64,000 bases of DNA from Clostridia bacterium. GTDB lineage: Bacteria > Bacillota > Clostridia > UMGS1883 > UMGS1540. Position 1 is the stretch's first letter; each line of letters begins with the position of its first letter. The position numbers and the translations under genes were made by a program. Under the pieces are notes generated by a model that was not told where the DNA came from, made no database searches, and saw nothing but the letters and a program-made list of their open reading frames with translations. Below are positions 57,039-64,000 of the stretch, in pieces. Location: the NCBI GenBank assembly GCA_017442155.1, contig JAFSAU010000016.1:99723-163722 (forward strand), read 5' to 3'.

Positions 57039-58754
57039 ATGGAAATTCCGCATATTTGGGGACAAGGACAAATATTTGCCTTCTCAGCTTTGGATGGAAA
57101 TGTGTATCGGAGCTTTGATTTTGCCGGGACATTATCCGGTGACAGAATCGGAATCCGTTTTAACACAAAAATCAGAAGGGAGCTTGCAATGACAGGGCTT
57201 CAGGAGGGGGATATTGCTTTTCGTGCTGTCTGCGGCGACTATATTCATGCTGAAACTGTCGGAGGGGATTTGAAAATTATTTTTTCGGCGGCACATCTTG
57301 TAATCGGACAACTTCCGGAAGGCGCAGCTGCGGTTGTATTTACCGAGGGTAAATGTAAAACGGAAGATACAGGAGGAAGTATTGTACAAGACACCGGAGA
57401 CGGAGAATATACTGCTCTGGCTCTTTCTGGAAACCGGTTTGCTTTTGCCTGTTCTGATACAAAATTAAAGGCAGTAAAAACCGCAAAAGAGGGGCTTTGC
57501 GTTGATATTTTAGCGGAGGAAGAAAAAAAGCTTTCTTTTTACCGGAAACATTCTACCTCTCCCGTCTATTCTGACCTTTATGCGAAATGTCTTTCTGTCA
57601 TGCGCACACAGCTTTTCTCACCGGAATCGATTTTCTCCACAATCTGGTCTACACCGGATCGACTACCGCATCAGGATTTGTTTCTGTGGGATTCCGTTTT
57701 CCACGGCATTGGATTTCGTAATGTAGATGGAAATTTGGCAGAGAATGTTATTCTTGCCATGTTGGAGAGCATACAAGAGAACGGAATGATTCCCTGTCGT
57801 TCTAAAATTCTGAAGGATGGGAATATTTTCAGTAAAGAAAGCCAGCCTCCTATAATCGCCTGGGGTACCTGGATGGTTTATGAGAAAACAAAAAATCTGA
57901 ATTTTCTAAGGACCGTTTTCCCAAAAAACATCTTATTTTTGCAGTGGTGCAGGGAAAACCGGAGGCATGTAAGCGGCCTTTATGCCTGGTTTGTTGACGA
58001 AAATACTCCCATATGCCGTTGTGGAGAATCCGGAATGGACAACTCTCCCCGTTTTGACAAAACTGCGAACCTTCTTGCTATCGACTTTTCCTGCTATATG
58101 GCAAACGAAATGCGTTTTATGGCGAGAATAGCGGAAGAAATAGGTGAGGATAGTGCGGCTTGGAAGATAGAATATCAATCGCTGAAACAAATGATTAACA
58201 AAACACTTTGGGATGAGGAAAGCGGTTTCTATTACGATTATGACATCAATAAAGGACAATTACATAAGGTGAAAAGTGTGGCGTCCTTTCTACCCTTTTT
58301 TGCGGGAGCGTGCGAAGGGGAGAGAAGCCGCCGGTTAGCCTCACATCTGACTAATCCAAAAGAGTTTTATGCACCGGTTCCTATTCCCACGATTTCTGCT
58401 GATGACAGAACCTACGGCAGTGATATGTGGCGCGGTCCGGTATGGATTAACTTCAATTTTATGATTTGTGAAGGGCTTCGAAAGACCGGTTTCGGGCCGA
58501 TAGCTACGGAAATTACGGAAAAAACACTGCAAACAATTTACGCGTGGTATAAAGAGACCGGGGTTATCTTCGAGTTTTACGATTCGGAGAACAAAAAGCC
58601 CCCTTACTCGCTCAGGCGAAAGGGGGACCCTGTTGAGCCGTATGATATGCGTGTCCGTGTACAGACAATCCGGGATTTCGGCTGGAGCTGCTGTCTGACT
58701 CTTGATATGATTGCCCAACTTAACAATCAAAGTGCTGATTCGGCAGATTTATAA
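57039..58754 (+). CDS. Cytoplasmic six-hairpin glycoside hydrolase (GH63/MGH1-like)
   Basis: No signal peptide. About 570 aa with the (alpha/alpha)6 glucosidase-like motif distribution (…LWDSVFHGIG…, …DMWRGPVWINFNFMICEGL…). ATG after AAAGGAG. Divergent from the AraC regulator. Confidence 0.5.
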   Translation: MEIPHIWGQGQIFAFSALDGNVYRSFDFAGTLSGDRIGIRFNTKIRRELAMTGLQEGDIAFRAVCGDYIHAETVGGDLKIIFSAAHLVIGQLPEGAAAVVFTEGKCKTEDTGGSIVQDTGDGEYTALALSGNRFAFACSDTKLKAVKTAKEGLCVDILAEEEKKLSFYRKHSTSPVYSDLYAKCLSVMRTQLFSPESIFSTIWSTPDRLPHQDLFLWDSVFHGIGFRNVDGNLAENVILAMLESIQENGMIPCRSKILKDGNIFSKESQPPIIAWGTWMVYEKTKNLNFLRTVFPKNILFLQWCRENRRHVSGLYAWFVDENTPICRCGESGMDNSPRFDKTANLLAIDFSCYMANEMRFMARIAEEIGEDSAAWKIEYQSLKQMINKTLWDEESGFYYDYDINKGQLHKVKSVASFLPFFAGACEGERSRRLASHLTNPKEFYAPVPIPTISADDRTYGSDMWRGPVWINFNFMICEGLRKTGFGPIATEITEKTLQTIYAWYKETGVIFEFYDSENKKPPYSLRRKGDPVEPYDMRVRVQTIRDFGWSCCLTLDMIAQLNNQSADSADL

Positions 58755-58794
58755 GACAAAAAACGTGTAAATCAATCCATTATAACCAAAAAGG

Positions 58795-59370
58795 CTACTT
58801 ATCGAGAGTTCGGATCCACTCAGCATACGCGTCGTAAGTCATAAGAGAATTGACTGCTGCAAGGAGTGCTTTAGGAGAAAGATGCGGTGGAAGAGAAAGA
58901 TGCGCGGATAACAGTGCTCTTCTGGCCGCACTGTCTGCACTTCCCGAGAGACCGTCTGTGTAAAAATCCAGCTTTGTAACAGACCGATTTGTTTCCTCCT
59001 TTTGTGTAGCAACAGAACGAATTACCTTGAGAAGTGTTTCAGTATCCTGCCCCTCCACGCCGAGTGTCCCTTCGGCCGAGGGGCGGTTTTTTCGTTTTTC
59101 TTTTCCGGGGCGGGCAGGAATATATGCATGACGTACCTCACCTGTTTTTATTCTTTCGGAAAGAAAAGAACGGATTTTAAATCCGGCACTGTCTGAATCC
59201 ATCAGAATAATAATGCCGTTTTTTTCAGCAAGAGAACGGATATAGGATAGCCTTTTTTCGTCCGTGAAAATTGAAAATCCGCAGGTTGGCACCACAAGGG
59301 CATCACATACAGAATCAAGCGTAATCTTATCGTATATCCCTTCTACAATAATAGCCTCTCGAATTTTCAT
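58795..59370 (-). CDS. Toprim-domain protein, RNase M5 paralog (YusF/DUF4093-like)
   Basis: MKIREAIIVEG…DxD (MDSDSAG)…FKIR…HAYIP parallels the RNase M5 motif order. Confidence 0.6.
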   Translation of the reverse strand: MKIREAIIVEGIYDKITLDSVCDALVVPTCGFSIFTDEKRLSYIRSLAEKNGIIILMDSDSAGFKIRSFLSERIKTGEVRHAYIPARPGKEKRKNRPSAEGTLGVEGQDTETLLKVIRSVATQKEETNRSVTKLDFYTDGLSGSADSAARRALLSAHLSLPPHLSPKALLAAVNSLMTYDAYAEWIRTLDK

Positions 59371-59389
59371 TTTTTCCTCCTGTTAAAAC

Positions 59390-60553
59390 TTAGAGCATCC
59401 GTCCTCCGTCTCCTGCATCTGTAACGTAAAACGTGGGGGCATAGCCAATCTTTTCTGTATAAATCGTACCTACATTTTTCTTGAATTCTTCCACGGCTTC
59501 GTTTTCAACAAGGCTTACAGTACAACCGCCGAAGCCGGCACCGGTCATACGGGACCCAAGACAGCCTTGCTGTGCTTGTGCCGCTTCTGCCAGCGTGTCA
59601 AGCTCCGGACCTGTAACCTCATAAAAATCGCGTAGGGAAGAGTGTGATTCGTTCATCAGCTGTCCAAACCGCGTAAGTTGACCTTTCTTTAGCGCGAGTA
59701 CAGACTGCTTTACGCGTTCACACTCTTCTATAACATGATGCGCACGTCGGAGAACAGTGGAATTTTTTATTGCGCCGGAAAAAGACTGAAATTCTTTTGA
59801 TGTCATACAGCCCAAATGGGTCAGGTGCGGAAGAACTGTCTGTAAATTCCGGAGTGCTTCTTCGCACTCCGCTCGCCGTTCATTGTATTTACTTGTGATA
59901 AGGCTACGCTTTTTATTTGTGTTTGCAATCACAATTCTGACACTTCCAAGGGACAGGGGAACGGTTTCAAAGGAGAGATCCTTACAGTCAAGGAAAATAG
60001 CATGGTCTTTTTTCCCGAGTGCAGATGCAAACTGGTCCATAATTCCGCAGTTTACGCCGACATAGTTGTTTTCGGCTCGTTGGCCGATAACAGCCATATC
60101 CCGCATGTCCGGCATATGTTTGGTAGCAAGATAATACATGCAAAGTGCAGATGCTACTTCAATTGCAGCTGAAGAAGATAGACCGCCGCCATGTGGGGTT
60201 GTATCGTGATACAGAAGGTCGCACCCCGGAACTTTTATACCGGTTCTGAGTAGCTCTGAAGCAACGCCGAGCTGATAATTCCCCCATGTTAGTTCTCTAT
60301 AGTTCTCTATAGAGGAAAGGTCGGCCTCCACTAAAACATCCAGGTCTGTTGCCCGCATACGAATGATATTGTCATTGCGTTTTCGTGCAATAATTGTTGT
60401 TCCCAGTGTGATAGCTGCAGGTAAAACAAATCCACCGTTGTAATCTGTATGTTCACCGATAAGATTGACGCGCCCCGGAGAAGCAAAAGCAAGGATTTCA
60501 CCGCCGTTGCCAAAATATGTACAAAACTGCTTTTTTAAAACATCCAAATTCAT
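59390..60553 (-). CDS. galK: Galactokinase
   Basis: GHMP kinase; galactokinase signature VNLIGEHTDYNGGFVLP and ATP motif (GLSSSAA). Confidence 0.9.
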   Translation of the reverse strand: MNLDVLKKQFCTYFGNGGEILAFASPGRVNLIGEHTDYNGGFVLPAAITLGTTIIARKRNDNIIRMRATDLDVLVEADLSSIENYRELTWGNYQLGVASELLRTGIKVPGCDLLYHDTTPHGGGLSSSAAIEVASALCMYYLATKHMPDMRDMAVIGQRAENNYVGVNCGIMDQFASALGKKDHAIFLDCKDLSFETVPLSLGSVRIVIANTNKKRSLITSKYNERRAECEEALRNLQTVLPHLTHLGCMTSKEFQSFSGAIKNSTVLRRAHHVIEECERVKQSVLALKKGQLTRFGQLMNESHSSLRDFYEVTGPELDTLAEAAQAQQGCLGSRMTGAGFGGCTVSLVENEAVEEFKKNVGTIYTEKIGYAPTFYVTDAGDGGRML

Positions 60554-61536
60554 TATCTGTTCTCCTTTGTTATAAATCTTTTATAAGCGATCCGCAGTTC
60601 TTCTGCCCGTTCCTCCGGTGCGGTGGGGTTGCAGTGGGCCCAGGCACCCGTCTCACTGGAAGCATTAAATTTTTGCTTGTCGGCAGAACGCATGGGTGGG
60701 AAAAACTGAATATGAAAATGAAAATCCTCGGTTTCCTGCAGATTAACAGGGGCATTATGCATACACATCATATATGGAAAAGCAAAGTCAAAAAGGCTGT
60801 CCAGCATTCCAACTGTCTGTTTCAGTGTCTGTCCTAACAAGAAACGCTCGTTTTCTGTCAAATCCGTGATATAGCGTACACAGCGTTTCGGTACAGCATA
60901 AACACCGTATGGATATTCACAGAAGAAGGGAAGAAATACCGTAAAACCTTCATTTTCAAAAATAATTCGCTTTTCAAAACGGTTTTCCTCCTTTACCATA
61001 TCACATAGGAGACAATTTCCGGTTTTTTTTCTGTGCAGTTGAAAGGATTCATGTTCCAGTTCCAGCTTTTTGGGAAGAAATGGATAACCGTAAATCTGTC
61101 CGTGTGGATGAGGCATAGACACACCAACCAGTTCCCCGCGATTTTCAAAAATAAAGATATACTTGATTTTTTCATCCTGCCGAAGAGCCTCAAAACGTTC
61201 ACACCATAAATCCACAAGCTTCTTTACATGCGTGTCTGAAAGCTCCGGGAGTGTTTCGGTATGGTTTTTAGAGTAGAGAATCACCTCGCATTTTCCGTAA
61301 GCTTCCGCTGTACGGTAAACACCGCCCGCTGTATCATCCGGTATGGGCGGGTCTTGCCGGAGCGCAGGAAAATCGTTATCATATTTCAGCACTGTAAAAT
61401 CATCCGGAACTTTTCCGGAGCCGGGGCAAAAGGGACACCAATCTTTTGGCATATTGGGGCGTGCTTGCCTGTGGGATGCTATCATCACCCAGTCTCTTGT
61501 TAAAGGATTAAAACGAATTTCAGCCATTGTATTCAC
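60553..61536 (-). CDS. galT: Galactose-1-phosphate uridylyltransferase (HIT-family)
   Basis: N-terminus …FNPLTRDWVMIASHRQARP…CPFCPG… is the GalT zinc/HIT signature. Stop overlaps the galK start. Confidence 0.85.
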   Translation of the reverse strand: MNTMAEIRFNPLTRDWVMIASHRQARPNMPKDWCPFCPGSGKVPDDFTVLKYDNDFPALRQDPPIPDDTAGGVYRTAEAYGKCEVILYSKNHTETLPELSDTHVKKLVDLWCERFEALRQDEKIKYIFIFENRGELVGVSMPHPHGQIYGYPFLPKKLELEHESFQLHRKKTGNCLLCDMVKEENRFEKRIIFENEGFTVFLPFFCEYPYGVYAVPKRCVRYITDLTENERFLLGQTLKQTVGMLDSLFDFAFPYMMCMHNAPVNLQETEDFHFHIQFFPPMRSADKQKFNASSETGAWAHCNPTAPEERAEELRIAYKRFITKENR

Positions 61537-61778
61537 TCTTTTCTGTAAAATCTCTTTTCAGTATACAGAATGAATGCGGAAAAGTCCATGTAAAAACGTG
61601 AGTGGTATATGGATAAATGTGAGTCTAATGCGACAAAAGCGTGCTATCGCCGATAAACGCACAAAGGATGGAAGCCTCCGATGCCAAATCACTTGGAATC
61701 GTATCAATATATCTGCTAAATTCCAGAAATCTACCGGAGTTTCACGTTGTTTGTCGAGGGAGAAAGATACATTAAAAA

Positions 61779-63191
61779 TCACATCAATTGATTAATTTTA
61801 TAAAACTGTTCCTTTCTGCGCAGAACCTCATCAAAATCGTGGGTATAGCCGTCATCATGCTTGAAATTAAAAACACGTTCAACCTTGTCTGGAAGAAGAA
61901 GACGGCTTACTCCACCCGCTCCAAGCGCAAAAATATGGGCACAGTCCGTCATGGTAACGGTATTATAAAAAGATTCCGTACCGGGTTTTGCATACCCCAC
62001 ATTTTCAAGATTTCCCACTGTGGCCTTCTGGCGGTACATATAGTAAGGGAGATACCCTTTTTCGGTAACAGAACGGTACGTACAGGCCAGCATGTCTGCC
62101 ACCTCCGGCACCTGAATGACCGGTTCACCACTCTGACGAAGCGCAGAAGCTCTTTTGATGTATAACGTATGCAGTGTCAGACTTTCCGGCGAAAGACTTA
62201 GTATGGTTTCCAGAGAATGACAGTACATAGAAAAGTCCTCGCCGGGGAGACCGGCAATTAAATCCGTGTTAATATTATCAAAACCCGCTTCCCGTGCCAT
62301 GGAAAACGCGTCCAGAAATTGCTGTGCTGTATGTCGTCGGCCGATGCGTCGGAGTGTTTCATCATGCATCGTTTGGGGATTAATGCTGATTCGGTTCGTA
62401 CCGTACTGTTTTAAAATCTGAAGCTTCTCCGGTGTCACCGTGTCGGGACGGCCGGCTTCCGTTGTAAACTCCATGTTTTCCTGTACCTGGAGAAAATCGC
62501 AAATTCCGGAATGAAGTTTTTCTAAAAGAGAAACAGACAGACTTGTAGGCGTTCCACCGCCTATATATACTGCTTTCAAAGAAAGCCCAAGTTCTCGTAT
62601 AATTTCGCCTGTTCGCTTAATTTCCAAAAGCAAAAGTCGAACATATTCTTCCTGTGTTGCCACAGCCCCCGTGCCGGAAATGAAAGAGCAATAGCTGCAT
62701 CTGCTGGGACAAAACGGAATTCCGATATATACGCAAACATTTTTTCGATTCCGGGGATGACGACCTTCTTCAAGTGCCACCGATACAGCTAAATTGATTT
62801 TATCTTCATCAGCAAGATATACATCTCGCAAAATTTGACGTACTTCAGCTTCTGTTTTTCCTTCTTCCATCAATATCCGCACAAGCTTTGCCGGACGAAC
62901 ACCGGTGAGGATTCCCCAGGGTGCCGGAAGAGGTGAGAGGGGACTTAGCGCAAAATAAGCACTGCGTTTAACGAGATTTCCAAGGTCGCGCTTGGAAAGG
63001 TCCGTTCCATCCATGCTTTCTGTATGTTTTCCTTTTTTTGTTAAAATATCTGCTTCGCTGGTCACATACGTTTTTCCGCCCGAAACAGAAAGAGTGCTTT
63101 TTAATGTCACATTATGATGTTCAGGAAAGAAAAGCAGAACAATTTGTTCTGCTTCATAATCCATAGTATGTCCTTCTGATAGTATTTTCAA
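61779..63191 (-). CDS. hemZ: HemN-like radical SAM protein, HemZ-type (coproporphyrinogen dehydrogenase family)
   Basis: Aligns from the N-terminus with B. subtilis HemZ (MKILSEGH… …WGILTGVRPAKL… …YIGIPFCPSRCSYCSF). Confidence 0.75.
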   Translation of the reverse strand: MKILSEGHTMDYEAEQIVLLFFPEHHNVTLKSTLSVSGGKTYVTSEADILTKKGKHTESMDGTDLSKRDLGNLVKRSAYFALSPLSPLPAPWGILTGVRPAKLVRILMEEGKTEAEVRQILRDVYLADEDKINLAVSVALEEGRHPRNRKNVCVYIGIPFCPSRCSYCSFISGTGAVATQEEYVRLLLLEIKRTGEIIRELGLSLKAVYIGGGTPTSLSVSLLEKLHSGICDFLQVQENMEFTTEAGRPDTVTPEKLQILKQYGTNRISINPQTMHDETLRRIGRRHTAQQFLDAFSMAREAGFDNINTDLIAGLPGEDFSMYCHSLETILSLSPESLTLHTLYIKRASALRQSGEPVIQVPEVADMLACTYRSVTEKGYLPYYMYRQKATVGNLENVGYAKPGTESFYNTVTMTDCAHIFALGAGGVSRLLLPDKVERVFNFKHDDGYTHDFDEVLRRKEQFYKINQLM

Positions 63192-63815
63192 TTATTCCCA
63201 CTCCCAATCAAAATTTGCAAACGGATTGAATTTCTTTTCTGCTCCGATTGTCGTATCTCTTTCGTGCCCCGGATAAACCCGTACCCCTTCATCCATGGAG
63301 AGAAGTCGTTTTATACTTTTTTTCATGGTTTCCTTGTCCCGACGTTCAAACCGGCCGATGGACCGGAAGAAAAGTGTGTCGCCGCTTAGCATTGTATCAC
63401 CGGAGAGAAAACAGCTGCTTCCTTTGGTATGGCCTGGCGTATGCAAAACCGAAAAAACAGTATCACCCACGGAAAAGGTATCGTTTTCTTCTAACAGACG
63501 GTCAGCCGTACATCCTGAATAAGGGAAGCCAAACCGTTCTGCATGGCTTGCTTTTGCGTTCTCTAACATGGGAGCGTCAAGCCGGTGGATACAAATCGGA
63601 ATCCCAAAATATTCTTTCAGTTGTCCTGCGGCTCCGGCATGGTCAAAGTGACCATGGGTCAACAGAACTGATTCGGGATGCCAGGATTTATCTTCGATAA
63701 ACCGGATGATTGAATCTCCGGACCCGCCGGGGTCAACGATTCCGACTTTTCCGCTATCAACAATAAAATAACAGTTAGTACCTAATGGCGGCACCTGTAA
63801 AATCTGTAATTCCAT
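63192..63815 (-). CDS. MBL-fold metallo-hydrolase (glyoxalase II-like)
   Basis: HxHxDH motif (LLTHGHFDHAGA). 207 aa. GGAGGA RBS. Confidence 0.8.
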   Translation of the reverse strand: MELQILQVPPLGTNCYFIVDSGKVGIVDPGGSGDSIIRFIEDKSWHPESVLLTHGHFDHAGAAGQLKEYFGIPICIHRLDAPMLENAKASHAERFGFPYSGCTADRLLEENDTFSVGDTVFSVLHTPGHTKGSSCFLSGDTMLSGDTLFFRSIGRFERRDKETMKKSIKRLLSMDEGVRVYPGHERDTTIGAEKKFNPFANFDWEWE

Positions 63816-63823
63816 ATTTCCTC

Positions 63824-64000
63824 CTATTGATGAAGGCGCATGACGTTGAAAACGCCCGGCACAGTATACAGACGTTTAATAACCGAAGTCAACTGTGCTG
63901 CATTTTCTATTTCGAGTGTCAGTGTAATCATAGCCATCTTGTTTTTCTGCGAACGGGAATTGAGGGCTGCAATTCCGATTTTAAAATCAGAAATTGCATT
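63824..64000 (-). CDS. relA: C-terminal fragment of a RelA/SpoT-family (p)ppGpp synthetase (ACT domain); gene continues beyond the window
   Basis: Translation …NSRSQKNKMAMITLTLEIENAAQLTSVIKRLYTVPGVFNVMRLHQ* resembles the C-terminal ACT domain of Firmicute RelA. Stop codon at 63824-63826. Confidence 0.45.
   Translation of the reverse strand, partial: NAISDFKIGIAALNSRSQKNKMAMITLTLEIENAAQLTSVIKRLYTVPGVFNVMRLHQ

Overview
This 64 kb window is a chromosomal stretch from a spore-forming, S-layer-bearing Firmicute, probably Clostridia. The taxonomic evidence is sporulation genes (spoVT, gpr, spmA/spmB, ylmC), several SLH-domain proteins, AGGAGG-type RBSs and roughly 45% GC. Housekeeping content: a complete arginine biosynthesis operon (argC-argJ-argB-argD-argF-carA-carB), pncB, pgsA, rimO, recX, hemW, lepA, tRNA-Leu(UAG), glyA, nth, a cysteine desulfurase, galT-galK, hemZ-like, and the C-terminal end of a relA-like gene. 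Accessory content: a carbohydrate-active locus between tRNA-Leu and glyA. It has a GH4 enzyme, three secreted CBM_4_9-like proteins (two are large tandem paralogs, one SLH-anchored), an AraC regulator, a cytoplasmic GH-like protein and a FAD/Rieske oxidoreductase. A second AraC/GH63-like/gal cluster lies near the 3' end. Three things look unusual. (1) A TetM/EF-G-like translational GTPase fused in frame to a YacP/Rae1-like NYN endoribonuclease domain. (2) carB continues in frame into a complete DapF (diaminopimelate epimerase) domain whose first catalytic cysteine is replaced by alanine. (3) A 1940-aa ORF between spmA and the DUF3343/cysteine-desulfurase pair. It has an HExxH motif, near-identical intragenic DNA repeat modules and an abrupt, apparently truncated 3' end, which is reminiscent of polyvalent proteins from mobile elements. 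No CRISPR array, integrase or recognisable defence operon was seen. All calls rest on by-eye motif recognition and nothing was searched against a database.
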